64,000 nucleotides of DNA from an uncultured Ruminococcus sp. (GCA_902778725.1 CACYYS010000014.1:418-64417), one strand, 5' to 3'; shown: positions 1-9,986, counted from the stretch's first letter. Numbers and translations are program-made. Notes: generated by a model not told the origin, from the sequence alone.

Positions 1-378
1 CTGCAGCCGCAGCTCGGATAAGAGCTCGTCGAGCGTGATCCGCGCGCGCCGCATCTCCTTCCAGTCCGGCTTTCCCGCCCGGATCAGGATGTTCGGCTTT
101 CCCTCCATCAGCCGCCGCAGAAGGGGGATCTTCAGCATCAGAAAGGAGATCAGGAATTCCAGCCCGAGGATCACCGCCAGCGGCAGGACCGTCCGCCAGA
201 CGGGGATGCGGGCGTCGACCAGCGGGAGCGTGGCGATATCCGAGAGCAGCAGCGTCGTCACAAGCTCGGAGATCTGCAGCTCGCCGACCTGCCGCTTTCC
301 CATTATCTTCATCGCCAGGATCAGCCCGAGATAGACGCACGCCGCCCGCAGGGCGCAGGACCAGACGCTCAGATTCAT
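1..378 (-). CDS. DUF421 (YetF/YcaP-family) membrane protein, 3' end outside the window
   Basis: Not in the ORF track. Manual translation from ATG at 378 gives MNLSVWSCALRAACVYLGLILAMKIMGKRQVGELQISELVTTLLLSDIA...LMEGKPNILIRAG...RITLDELLSELRLQ, the typical DUF421 pattern. GGAGG lies just upstream. Confidence 0.85.
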   Translation of the reverse strand, partial: MNLSVWSCALRAACVYLGLILAMKIMGKRQVGELQISELVTTLLLSDIATLPLVDARIPVWRTVLPLAVILGLEFLISFLMLKIPLLRRLMEGKPNILIRAGKPDWKEMRRARITLDELLSELRLQ

Positions 379-416
379 AAAAAATCCTCCGTGAAAAAGA
401 TCACGGAGGATTTTTT
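379..416. terminator. Intrinsic terminator hairpin after the pnuC-like gene
   Basis: aaaaaatcctccgtga-aaaaga-tcacggaggatttttt, a perfect 16-bp inverted repeat with A/T tails. Confidence 0.75.
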
Positions 417-442
417 GCCGTTTTTTCCGGTTTTATACAGGG

Positions 443-1636
443 TCAGGCTGCGGCGGCGGTCCTTTTTGCGTCCGCGGCGATCTCCTCGCGGTGGGTGCGG
501 ATGTATTTCGTCCACTTGATATAGCCGTAGGTCGTGTTGGTGAGGTAGCCCGCCTTCAGCACCAGCAGGATCCACTGTCCCGTCATGATGTTGATCACGG
601 TCTCGAGGATCGCCACGATATACCAGGCGATCCACTGCTCGCGGTAGCGGAGCAGGATGAACACGCCGTTGGCGATCCCCACGGCGGAGGCGCAGGCGTC
701 GAGATAGCAGATGACGTTTTTGACCGTTACGTTGCTGTTGGCAAGGATGCCGCCCTGCACGTCGATAAAGGTCAGAGCGTAGCCGACGCCGACCGTCCAG
801 ACGGCGATCCCCAGTACCAGCAGGACGTCCTGCCACGGCTTGAGGGACTTGACGACGGTAAGCTCCTCCTGCTGCCGGTCGGGGTGTTTGTTCCATACGA
901 CAAAGCTGATGATGTCGCAGGGGATCCAGAAGAGGAAGGTGACGGCCAGCGTGGCGAAGCGGTAGGCGCAGAGGATGCAGATTAGGATCTCCGTCACCTC
1001 CACGATCAGCGAGATCACAAAGTTCCACTTGCTCTGCTTGGAGATCAGGAGCTCGCAGGAAATATTGGTGATCACGTCGACCAGGTAGAGGACGGTGATG
1101 ATCCAGACGGGGACGAGATAGTTGAGGGGATTGACGTAAAAGTCGCCCTCGCCCGTCTCCGCGGCCTCTTCGGTATCCACGGCGCGTTCAAACGTCTGTC
1201 CGCCCGCGAGCAGCGCCGCGCAAAAGACCGTATCCTCGCCGTCCGGCGCAAATTCGAGCAGCAGCGTGTCGCCCGCCCGCAGAGCGGGGAGGGGGTAGCG
1301 CATCGTGTCGGAGTCCCCGGGGGAGACGGTGTACTCTTCCGTGATCACCTTCCCGTCTTTTTCCAGGGGGATCTCCTCCTCGCTGCCGTCGGCGCGGACG
1401 AGGGTGAGCGAGCCGAGGATAAAGTCGTCCTCCGTCCCCGAAAAATCGAGGACCGCGTTCTCCGCGGCGGGGAGATCGGAAAAGCGGAGCGTGTAGGTGG
1501 GGTCGTCGGTCTCCGGGAAGAGGAAGGAGAAAAGAACGGCAAGGATCAGGATGGAAAAGAACCAGATCTTTTCATAAAGGGTGAAATAGCGCCAAAGTTC
1601 TTTTGCGCGTTGGGAAAACGGTTTTTTCTCTGTCAT
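443..1636 (-). CDS. pnuC: PnuC-family nicotinamide riboside/vitamin transporter with an inserted soluble domain
   Basis: PnuC-like segments CELLISKQSKWNF, W..H, LDA...ANGVFILLRYREQWIAW and YLTNTTYGYIKW; a long hydrophilic insert follows TM1. Confidence 0.75.
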   Translation of the reverse strand: MTEKKPFSQRAKELWRYFTLYEKIWFFSILILAVLFSFLFPETDDPTYTLRFSDLPAAENAVLDFSGTEDDFILGSLTLVRADGSEEEIPLEKDGKVITEEYTVSPGDSDTMRYPLPALRAGDTLLLEFAPDGEDTVFCAALLAGGQTFERAVDTEEAAETGEGDFYVNPLNYLVPVWIITVLYLVDVITNISCELLISKQSKWNFVISLIVEVTEILICILCAYRFATLAVTFLFWIPCDIISFVVWNKHPDRQQEELTVVKSLKPWQDVLLVLGIAVWTVGVGYALTFIDVQGGILANSNVTVKNVICYLDACASAVGIANGVFILLRYREQWIAWYIVAILETVINIMTGQWILLVLKAGYLTNTTYGYIKWTKYIRTHREEIAADAKRTAAAA

Positions 1637-1663
1637 AAGCAGACCTACCTTGTGATGAAACGA

Positions 1664-1693
1664 CCGGCAGCCGCGGAGATCCGCGGCTGCCGG
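1664..1693 (-). terminator. GC-rich hairpin downstream of ppdK
   Basis: ccggcagccgcgga-ga-tccgcggctgccgg; weak U-tract. Confidence 0.5.
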
Positions 1694-1714
1694 AAATGTT
1701 TGAAAACGGATCTG

Positions 1715-4342
1715 TTATTTCTCTTCGCGGAGAGCGGCCTGAGCGGCGGCCAGACGCGCGATCGGAACACGGAAGGGAGAGCAGGAGACGTAGGTCAGCC
1801 CGACCTTGTGGCAGAACTCCACGGTGGACGGGTCGCCGCCGTGCTCGCCGCAGATGCCGAGCTTGATGTTCGGGCGGGTCTGACGGCCGAGCTCGCACGC
1901 CATCTTGACGAGCTTGCCGACGCCGGTCTGGTCGAGACGGGCGAAGGGATCGGACTCGTAGATCTTGCGGTCGTAGTAGGAGCCGAGGAACTTGCCGGCG
2001 TCGTCGCGGGAGAAGCCGAAGGTCATCTGCGTGAGGTCGTTGGTGCCGAAGCTGAAGAACTCGGCGTCCTTGGCGATCTCGTCGGCGGTCAGAGCGGCGC
2101 GCGGGATCTCGATCATCGTACCGATCTTGTAGTGCAGCTCGCGGCCGGCCTTGGCGATCTCCTCGTCGGCGGTGCGGACCACGACGGACTTGACGTACTG
2201 CAGCTCCTTCAGCTCGCCGACGAGCGGGATCATGATCTCGGGGACGATATTCCAGTCGGCGTGCCTGGCGCTTACGTTGAGGGCGGCGCGGATGACCGCT
2301 CTCGTCTGCATCTCGGCGATCTCCGGATAGGTGACGGCGAGACGGCAGCCGCGGTGACCCATCATCGGGTTGAACTCATGCAGCCCGGCGATGATGTCCT
2401 TGATCTCCTTCACGGTCTTGCCCTGGGTCTTGGCGAGCAGCTCGATGTCCTTCTCCTCGGTGGGGACGAACTCGTGCAGCGGCGGATCGAGGAAGCGGAT
2501 GGTGACGGGAGAACCCTCCATCGCTTCGTAGAGCTCTTCAAAGTCGCCCTGCTGCATCGGCAGGATCTTTTCGAGAGCGGCCTTCCTGCCCTCGACGGTG
2601 TCGGAGCAGATCATCTCGCGGATCGCGGCGATGCGGTCCGCCTTGAAGAACATATGTTCGGTACGGCAGAGGCCGATGCCCTCCGCGCCGAGCTCCTTCG
2701 CCTTCTTTGCGTCGGCGGGGGTGTCCGCGTTGGTGCGGACACGGAGTCTTCTGTATTTGTCGGCCCACGCCATGATGCGGCCGAACTCGCCGGCGATCGT
2801 GGCGTCCACGGTCGGGATGATCCCGTCGTAGATCTTGCCGGTGGTGCCGTCGATGGAGATGCAGTCGCCCTCATGGAAGGTCTTGCCGCCGAGCTCGAAG
2901 GTCTTGTTCGCCTCGTCCATCTTGATCTCGGAGCAGCCGGAGACGCAGCACTCGCCCATGCCTCTCGCCACAACGGCGGCGTGGGAGGTCATACCGCCGC
3001 GGACGGTCAGGATACCCTGCGCCGCCTTCATACCGGTGATGTCCTCCGGGGAGGTCTCGAGACGGACCAGGACGACCTTCTCGCCCTTCGCCGCCCACTC
3101 GACGGCGTCGTCGGCGGTGAAGACGATCTTGCCGCACGCGGCGCCGGGGGAGGCGCCGAGGCCCTTGCCGAGCGGGGTCGCCGCTTTGATCGCGGCGGCG
3201 TCGAACTGCGGATGCAGCAGCGTGTCGAGGTTGCGGGGGTCGATCATCAGGACGGCTTCCTTCTCGGAGATCATGCCCTCGTCCACGAGGTCGCACGCGA
3301 TCTTGAGCGCCGCCTGTGCGGTCCGCTTGCCGTTTCTCGTCTGGAGCATATAGAGCTTGCCGTGCTCGACGGTGAACTCCATATCCTGCATATCGCGGTA
3401 ATGGTTCTCGAGGATCTGGCAGACTTCCTTGAACTGCTTGAACGCCGCGGGGAACTTTTCTTCCATCTCGGTGATGTGCATCGGGGTACGGATGCCGGCC
3501 ACGACGTCCTCGCCCTGGGCGTTGGTGAGGAACTCGCCGAAGAGCCCCTTCGCGCCGGTCGCCGGGTCGCGGGTGAAGGCGACGCCGGTGCCGCAGTCGT
3601 CACCCATGTTGCCGAACGCCATCGACTGGACGTTGACGGCGGTGCCCCAGGAGTAGGGGATGTCGTTATCGCGGCGGTAGACGTTCGCGCGCGGGTTGTC
3701 CCAGGAACGGAAGACCGCTTTGATCGCGCCCATCAGCTGTTCCTTCGGGTCGGAGGGGAAATCCGCGCCGATCTTGGCCTTGTACTCCGCCTTGAACTGG
3801 GCGGCGAGGGTCGCGAGATCGTCGGCGGTCAGATCCACGTCGTTCTTGACGCCGCGGTCCGCCTTCATCTTGTCGATCAGCTCTTCAAAATATTTCTTGC
3901 CGACCTCCATAACGACGTCGGAATACATCTGGATAAAGCGGCGGTAGCAGTCCCACGCCCAGCGGGGGTTGTTCGACTTCTTTGCCAGCGTGTCCACGAC
4001 CTGCTCGTTCAAGCCGAGGTTCAGGATCGTGTCCATCATGCCGGGCATCGACGCTCTCGCGCCGCTGCGGACGGAAACGAGCAGCGGGTTCTCGATATCG
4101 CCGAATTTCTTGCCGGTGATCGTTTCCAGCTTGGTGATATACTCCATGATCTCCGCCTGGATCTCGGGGTTGATGGTCCTGCCGTCTTCATAATACTGCG
4201 TGCAGGCCTCCGTCGAGATGGTGAAGCCCTGGGGAACGGGGAGACCGAGATTGGTCATCTCCGCGAGGTTGGCCCCCTTCCCGCCGAGCAGCTCGCGCAT
4301 TTTGCCGTTGCCCTCGGAGAAAAGGTAGATGTACTTTTTCAT
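1715..4342 (-). CDS. ppdK: Pyruvate, phosphate dikinase
   Basis: LLGGKGANLAEM, PLLVSVRSGA, GGMTSHAAVVAR (phospho-His), GIGLCRTEHMF, FSFGTNDLTQ, GICGEHGG. Start set at MKKYIY with GGAGG upstream. Confidence 0.98.
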   Translation of the reverse strand: MKKYIYLFSEGNGKMRELLGGKGANLAEMTNLGLPVPQGFTISTEACTQYYEDGRTINPEIQAEIMEYITKLETITGKKFGDIENPLLVSVRSGARASMPGMMDTILNLGLNEQVVDTLAKKSNNPRWAWDCYRRFIQMYSDVVMEVGKKYFEELIDKMKADRGVKNDVDLTADDLATLAAQFKAEYKAKIGADFPSDPKEQLMGAIKAVFRSWDNPRANVYRRDNDIPYSWGTAVNVQSMAFGNMGDDCGTGVAFTRDPATGAKGLFGEFLTNAQGEDVVAGIRTPMHITEMEEKFPAAFKQFKEVCQILENHYRDMQDMEFTVEHGKLYMLQTRNGKRTAQAALKIACDLVDEGMISEKEAVLMIDPRNLDTLLHPQFDAAAIKAATPLGKGLGASPGAACGKIVFTADDAVEWAAKGEKVVLVRLETSPEDITGMKAAQGILTVRGGMTSHAAVVARGMGECCVSGCSEIKMDEANKTFELGGKTFHEGDCISIDGTTGKIYDGIIPTVDATIAGEFGRIMAWADKYRRLRVRTNADTPADAKKAKELGAEGIGLCRTEHMFFKADRIAAIREMICSDTVEGRKAALEKILPMQQGDFEELYEAMEGSPVTIRFLDPPLHEFVPTEEKDIELLAKTQGKTVKEIKDIIAGLHEFNPMMGHRGCRLAVTYPEIAEMQTRAVIRAALNVSARHADWNIVPEIMIPLVGELKELQYVKSVVVRTADEEIAKAGRELHYKIGTMIEIPRAALTADEIAKDAEFFSFGTNDLTQMTFGFSRDDAGKFLGSYYDRKIYESDPFARLDQTGVGKLVKMACELGRQTRPNIKLGICGEHGGDPSTVEFCHKVGLTYVSCSPFRVPIARLAAAQAALREEK

Positions 4343-4604
4343 AGAAATCCTCCAATCAAAAATTCTTTTCTTTTTTCTGTTTCCATTTATACCAATCAAA
4401 GATTATAACATATCCTTTTCCGGATTTCCATAGTTTGTACAGAATTTTTTTCAAAATTTACACATTCTTTTCCGGGAGAAGGGAAATCGCCCGCCGCGCC
4501 AAAAAACTCTTGCGTTTTTTCCTCTTTTGCGGTAAGATAGAGACAGCTCCGGAGCCTGTTCGGGGCGATTTGTGTTTGCAATACGTCAAAGGAAGGATAC
4601 GGAT

Positions 4605-5249
4605 TTGTCCGGAATTTTCGATCTCTTCAAAAAAATCGAGGCGGAGCGGGAGGAAAAAGCCCGCGCTCCGATCTCTCATATCGTCGCGGGGCTCGGCAAC
4701 CCCGGGGAGAAGTATGAACTCACCCGCCACAACGCGGGCTTTCTCTGCGCCGACTATCTCTTTTCCCGCTTCGGGGGCGAGCGGTGGAAGCTCCGCTTCA
4801 AGGCGCTCTGCTCGGAGTGCGAGACGGGGGCGGGGCGGATCCTCCTCCTCAAGCCCCAGACCTTCATGAACGCGTCCGGCGAGGCGATCTCCGAGGCGAT
4901 GCGTTTTTACAAGCTCCCGCCGGAGAAGCTGATCGTCGTCTGCGACGACGTGAACTTCCCCTGCGGCGCGATGCGCATCCGCCCCTCGGGCAGCGACGCG
5001 GGGCAGAGGGGCGTGCGCAGCGCGATCCTCGCTCTCGGCTCCGACGCGTTCCCCCGCATCCGGCTCGGCGTCGGGGAAAAGCCGGATCCCGCCTACGATC
5101 TCGCCGACTGGGTCCTCTCCCGTTTCGGCGAGGAGGAGAAAAAAGCGATCTACTCCTGCTTTGAGGACAGCGCCGAGGCGATCCGCCTGATCCAGCAGGG
5201 CGGGATCGAGGCGGCGATGAGCCGGTATAACAGAAAGGGTCCCCGCTGA
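4605..5249 (+). CDS. pth: Peptidyl-tRNA hydrolase
   Basis: IVAGLGNPGEKYELTRHNAG, KPQTFMNASG, RIRLGVG; directly upstream of mfd. TTG start at 4605 after AAGGA is inferred. Confidence 0.93.
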   Translation: MSGIFDLFKKIEAEREEKARAPISHIVAGLGNPGEKYELTRHNAGFLCADYLFSRFGGERWKLRFKALCSECETGAGRILLLKPQTFMNASGEAISEAMRFYKLPPEKLIVVCDDVNFPCGAMRIRPSGSDAGQRGVRSAILALGSDAFPRIRLGVGEKPDPAYDLADWVLSRFGEEEKKAIYSCFEDSAEAIRLIQQGGIEAAMSRYNRKGPR

Positions 5250-8200
5250 TGATCTACGATTCCGTCCGGCTCGACCCTCTCTACGGTCAGCTTTCCGAAT
5301 GTATCACCCTTGAGAGGATGGCAAAGCGCTGCCCTCCCCTTTACGTGACGGGAGCGGGCAGCGGGGTGAGCGGGATGCTCTGCGCCGCCCTCGCCGCCGA
5401 TTTCGCTCCGCTCCTGATCCTCGCGGGCAGCGAGCGGGACGCCGCCCGCCTCGCCGCGGCGCTGAACGCCCAGGACCTTCCCGCCGCCGTCTTCCCGCAG
5501 AGGGATCCCGTTCTCTATAACATCGCCGCCTCCCGCACCTCCGAGTACGAGAGGCTCTCGGTTCTCCTGCGCCTTTTGCGCGGGGAGCTGCGGGCGGTCG
5601 TCGCCGTCCCCGGCGCCGCGCTCGGCTTTACCGTCCCGCCCGCGGTCCTGCGGGAGGCGGGAGTGACCGTCCGGATGGGGGACGAGTACCCCGTCGACGG
5701 CCTGGAGCGGGAGCTGCTCCGCCTCGGCTACGCCCGCTGCGAGATGACCGAGGCGCCCGGACAGTTTGCCCGCCGCGGCGGGATCTTAGACGTTTTCCCC
5801 GCCTTCGGTCAGGGGGAGCGGGAGCGCCCCGTCCGGATCGAGTTTTTCGGGGACGAGGCGGACCGGATCGGCTTTTTTGATCCCGCGACCCAGCGGACCG
5901 AGGAGAACGCCTCCTCCGTTTTTCTCCCTCCCGCGCGGGAGCTGCTCCTTGACGCCGGTACGGTCTCCCGCATCCGGCTCGCCGTCGCCACCGCCCGAAA
6001 AAAAGCGAAAACGCCGGAGGCGGCGCAGGCGCTGGACGGGGAGCTCGCCGCCATCGACGGGGAGCTTTCCCTTGATTTTGCCGACAAATACGTCACGCTG
6101 GTCTATCCGGAAAAGGCCACGCTGCTCGACTATTTTTCCTCCGGCGCTCCGGTCGTCATCGCGGGCGGGAACGCCGTCCGCGCCTCGCTGGACGCCGCCC
6201 TCTGGCATGAAAAGGAGAACGTGACCGCCCTGCTCGAGAGCGGCCTTTGCGACGCGCGCTGGGCGTCGTATATGAAGGATCAGGCGGAGCTGGAGCTTTT
6301 CTCCGCCGCGCGGCCCGCCGTCTATCTCGACGCCTTTCTCCCCGCGGGCGCGGGGACGAGAGAGCAGGGGGGCGTCTTTTCCCTCCGCAGCCGCAGCGCC
6401 GCCCACGCGGAGAACCGCGATCTGCTCTTTGAGGACATCGAGGACTATCTGAAAAGCGGTTACCGGATCGTGGCGGGGACCGCCTCCCCGCACGAGAGCG
6501 AGACGCTCGCGGAGATGCTGCGGGAGCGGGGCTGCGCCGTCGCTCTTTTCCCCGGCGGGCGGGTGGACTGCGCCGCGCTCTCGCAGGGGGTGATCTATCT
6601 GACCGACGCGCCCTCGCTCGAGGGATTTGAACTGACCGACGCGCGTTTCGTCTTTCTCTCTCTCTCCTCCGCGGCGGCAAAGCAGGGAGGGACCCTGCGC
6701 CGCGCCCGCCGCAAAAAGCGCTCCGACGCGAAGCAGCTCCTCTCCTACGCCGATCTGAAGGTCGGGGACTACGTCGTGCACGAGACCTGCGGTATCGGAC
6801 GCTATCTCGGGATCGAGCAGCTGACGGTGGACGGCGTGACGCGGGATTATATCAACATCCAGTACGCCGGCAGCGACAAGCTCTTCATCCCCACGACCCA
6901 GCTCGATATGGTCTCCAAATACATCGGCGCCCACTCGGACGACGGGCTGCTCAAGCTCTCAAAGATGGGCGGCGCGGAGTGGAAGCACGCAAAAAGCCGC
7001 GCCAGATCCGCCGTCAGCGATATGGCAAAGGAGCTGATCAAGCTCTACGCGGAGCGGATGCGCCTGCCGGGCTACGCCTTCCCCGCGGACGACGACTACC
7101 AGAGAGAGTTTGAGGAGGCGTTCCCCTACGAGGAGACCGACTCCCAGCTCGAGGCGGCGGAGGATATCAAGGCGGATATGCAGAAGCCCCACCCGATGGA
7201 CCGGCTGCTGTGCGGGGACGTCGGTTACGGCAAGACCGAGGTCGCCTTCCGCGCCGCCTTCAAGGCGGTGGAGGCGGGCAAGCAGGTCGCGATCCTCTGC
7301 CCGACCACCATCCTCGCCTATCAGCATTACACGACCGCGGCGGCGCGGATGCGGGATTTCCCCATCCGGATCGAGATGCTCTCCCGCTTCCGCACCCCCA
7401 CCCAGCAAAAGGAGATCCTGCGCCGCCTCCGGCGCGGGGACGTGGATATCATCATCGGCACCCATACCCTTGTGTACGGCAAGGCGGAGTTCAAGGATCT
7501 CGGCCTGCTCGTGATCGACGAGGAGCAGCGCTTCGGCGTTGCGCAGAAGGAAAAACTCAAGCAGCTCGCCGCCGGCGTGGACGTGCTGATGCTCTCCGCC
7601 ACGCCGATCCCGCGGACGCTCAATATGGCGATCGGCGGGATCCGGGATATGTCGATCCTCGACGAGCCGCCGGGAGACCGCCGCCCGGTGCAGACCTACG
7701 TTCTGGAGTATGACGCCATCATCATCGAGGACGCGATCCGCCGTGAGCTTTCCCGCGGGGGGCAGGTTTTCTACCTCTATAACCGGGTGGAACGGATCAA
7801 TTCCGTCGCCGCCCGCATCGCGGACGCGGTCCCCGGCGCGCGTGTCGCCGTCGCCCACGGGCAGATGGACAAGGAGGAGATCGAGGACGTCTGGCGCTCG
7901 ATGCTCTCGGGCGAGGTGGACGTTCTCGTCTGCACCAGCATCATCGAGACGGGGGTGGACGTCCCCAACGCCAACACCCTGATCATCGAGGACGCGGACC
8001 GCATGGGCCTCTCGCAGCTCCACCAGCTGCGCGGCAGGGTCGGCCGCTCGGGGCGCCGGGCGTTCGCCTACTTCACCTTCCGGCGGGGCAAGGCGCTCTC
8101 CGAGATCGCGGAAAAACGCCTCTCCGCCATCCGTGAGTACGCGCAGTTCGGCGCGGGCTTCCGGGTCGCTCTGCGGGATCTGGAGATCCGGGGCGCCGGC

Positions 8201-8791
8201 AATATGCTCGGCGCCGAGCAGCACGGGCATCTCGACGCCGTCGGCTACGATCTCTATATGAAGCTGCTCTCCGAGGCGGTGCTGGAAGAAAAGGGCGTCA
8301 AAAAGGAGAAAAAGACGGAGTGCGTCGTCGATTTGCGCGTCGACGCCTTCCTCCCGGAGGATTACGTCTCCTCCCAGGCGCAGCGGATCGAGCAGTATCA
8401 GCACATCGCCACGATCGGGACGCGGGAGGACGCGGACGACATCGAGGACGCGATGCAGGACCGCTACGGCGATCTGCCGCAGCCGGTGCGGAATCTGATC
8501 CGGGCGGCGCTGATCAAGGCGGAGTGCGAGGAGTGCGGCTTCAGCCGCTTCGAGCAGCAGGGGAGATCCTTTACGATCCATATCCCGCACCTCGTGCCGG
8601 AGATCTGGATGCGGATGTTCTCCCTCTTGCCGGAGTACAAGCTGCGCGGCGTGCCCGGCAGCGTCTCCCGCATCACCGCCCAGCTCCCGCCAAAGACCGC
8701 TCCCCTTGACGCGGCGCTGCGGCTGCTGGAGCTATATCGGGAACAGTCCGCCGGGCTCCCGGCGGACCGGGAAAAGGAGAAAAACGTATGA
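5249..8791 (+). CDS. mfd: Transcription-repair coupling factor
   Basis: MDRLLCGDVGYGKTEVA, IDEEQRFGV, SATPIPRTL, QLRGRVGRS, RDLEIRGAGN. Confidence 0.98.
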   Translation: MIYDSVRLDPLYGQLSECITLERMAKRCPPLYVTGAGSGVSGMLCAALAADFAPLLILAGSERDAARLAAALNAQDLPAAVFPQRDPVLYNIAASRTSEYERLSVLLRLLRGELRAVVAVPGAALGFTVPPAVLREAGVTVRMGDEYPVDGLERELLRLGYARCEMTEAPGQFARRGGILDVFPAFGQGERERPVRIEFFGDEADRIGFFDPATQRTEENASSVFLPPARELLLDAGTVSRIRLAVATARKKAKTPEAAQALDGELAAIDGELSLDFADKYVTLVYPEKATLLDYFSSGAPVVIAGGNAVRASLDAALWHEKENVTALLESGLCDARWASYMKDQAELELFSAARPAVYLDAFLPAGAGTREQGGVFSLRSRSAAHAENRDLLFEDIEDYLKSGYRIVAGTASPHESETLAEMLRERGCAVALFPGGRVDCAALSQGVIYLTDAPSLEGFELTDARFVFLSLSSAAAKQGGTLRRARRKKRSDAKQLLSYADLKVGDYVVHETCGIGRYLGIEQLTVDGVTRDYINIQYAGSDKLFIPTTQLDMVSKYIGAHSDDGLLKLSKMGGAEWKHAKSRARSAVSDMAKELIKLYAERMRLPGYAFPADDDYQREFEEAFPYEETDSQLEAAEDIKADMQKPHPMDRLLCGDVGYGKTEVAFRAAFKAVEAGKQVAILCPTTILAYQHYTTAAARMRDFPIRIEMLSRFRTPTQQKEILRRLRRGDVDIIIGTHTLVYGKAEFKDLGLLVIDEEQRFGVAQKEKLKQLAAGVDVLMLSATPIPRTLNMAIGGIRDMSILDEPPGDRRPVQTYVLEYDAIIIEDAIRRELSRGGQVFYLYNRVERINSVAARIADAVPGARVAVAHGQMDKEEIEDVWRSMLSGEVDVLVCTSIIETGVDVPNANTLIIEDADRMGLSQLHQLRGRVGRSGRRAFAYFTFRRGKALSEIAEKRLSAIREYAQFGAGFRVALRDLEIRGAGNMLGAEQHGHLDAVGYDLYMKLLSEAVLEEKGVKKEKKTECVVDLRVDAFLPEDYVSSQAQRIEQYQHIATIGTREDADDIEDAMQDRYGDLPQPVRNLIRAALIKAECEECGFSRFEQQGRSFTIHIPHLVPEIWMRMFSLLPEYKLRGVPGSVSRITAQLPPKTAPLDAALRLLELYREQSAGLPADREKEKNV

Positions 8792-9873
8792 AAAAGAGGA
8801 TCCTTGCTCTCTTCCTGGCGGCGGCCGCGCTCCTCGCCTTCTCCTCCTGCGGGAGCGGGCGCGCGGTGATGCGCTACGAGGGGTACAGCGTGAGCGCCGC
8901 TTACTACACCTACTGGCTCTCCCGCTTCAAAGCGAATTTCCTTTATTATTACAGCGACGTGGAGGACAGCGACGCCTACTATTCCTCCGTCATCGGGCAG
9001 AACGGCGAGACGGCGGAAGAGGTGCTGACCTCCCTCTCGGACGGGCGGATCATGGAATACCTGATCGCCGAATACCTCTTCGATCACGCCGGGCTCACGC
9101 TGCCGGAGGCGACGGCGGAGAGCGTGGACGCCCTGCTCGACTCGGTCGTGGAGGGGGAGGCGGCCGGAGATAAAAAGGCGTTTGACGGGCTGGCGGCGCA
9201 GTACGGCGTCAGCTACGCCGACCTGCGCGAGATCTACCGCATCGAGGCAAAGAGCGAGCGCTACCGCAGCTTTTACAAGACGAACGTCCTCACCGTGACC
9301 GACGCGGAGCGGGACGCGTATTTTGAGGCAAACTACGCCCGCACCGTCCATATCTATATCGGGACCGAATACCGCCTGAACATCGACGAAAACGGTACCC
9401 TGATCTATGACGAAAACGGGGATTACCGGATCCCCTATACCGAGGCGGAGAAGGCCGCCCAGCGGCAAAAGATCGCGGAGCTGGAGAAAAAGCTGACGCC
9501 GGAGAACTTTGACGCGCTCCGCGCGGAGTACAACGAGGATCCCGCCGCCTCCGTCTACGAAAACGGCTACTACCTCTCCGGGAATACCGAGGGCTTTGAC
9601 GGCGGCGTGATCGCCGCCGCCCTCGCGATGGAGGAGGGGGAGGTGCGCCGGGTCGACGCCGACCACGGCGTCTTCTTCCTCAAAAAACTCCCCAGGCAGG
9701 CGCGGGCGTACAGCGTCCCCGAGAACGCCGACTTCTTCGACAACTTTGACGACGCGGTCAAAAATGACCTCTATGAAAAATTCCTTGCCGGGGAGAAAGA
9801 GAAGGTGACGGTGGACGCCGCCGTCAAGGACGGGATCACGATCCGCACCGTTTCCCCCTGCCGCAATTTCTGA
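8788..9873 (+). CDS. Lipoprotein, PrsA/SurA-like foldase (putative peptidyl-prolyl isomerase)
   Basis: Lipobox LLAFSSC; parvulin-like segments HIYI, FDALRAEYNEDP, HGVFFLK; conserved position after mfd in Clostridia. Confidence 0.7.
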   Translation: MKKRILALFLAAAALLAFSSCGSGRAVMRYEGYSVSAAYYTYWLSRFKANFLYYYSDVEDSDAYYSSVIGQNGETAEEVLTSLSDGRIMEYLIAEYLFDHAGLTLPEATAESVDALLDSVVEGEAAGDKKAFDGLAAQYGVSYADLREIYRIEAKSERYRSFYKTNVLTVTDAERDAYFEANYARTVHIYIGTEYRLNIDENGTLIYDENGDYRIPYTEAEKAAQRQKIAELEKKLTPENFDALRAEYNEDPAASVYENGYYLSGNTEGFDGGVIAAALAMEEGEVRRVDADHGVFFLKKLPRQARAYSVPENADFFDNFDDAVKNDLYEKFLAGEKEKVTVDAAVKDGITIRTVSPCRNF

Positions 9874-9931
9874 GAGCGGCGGAGACCTGCCCCGGCGGCG
9901 GAAGATTTTTTCGGTTTTTTCCTTTTGCCTC

Positions 9932-9960
9932 TTGACATTTGCGGCAGAGTACTCTATAAT
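9932..9960 (+). promoter_or_regulatory. Consensus sigma70/SigA promoter
   Basis: TTGACA (9932-9937), 17-bp spacer, TATAAT (9955-9960). Confidence 0.85.
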
Positions 9961-9969
9961 TTAGAGTAC
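9949..9969. promoter_or_regulatory. Palindromic operator overlapping the -10 box
   Basis: GTACTCTA-taatt-TAGAGTAC, perfect 8-bp arms. Confidence 0.7.
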
Positions 9970-9986
9970 AAGACCGCAAAGGAGGT

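Noticed and set aside
1610-4408. 932-aa plus-strand ORF and other long antisense ORFs (for example 6959-8590, 32755-34881, 46884-49343, 55252-57711)
   Set aside because: They are shadows of well-conserved genes on the opposite strand, caused by high GC3 codon bias, and contain no recognisable motifs
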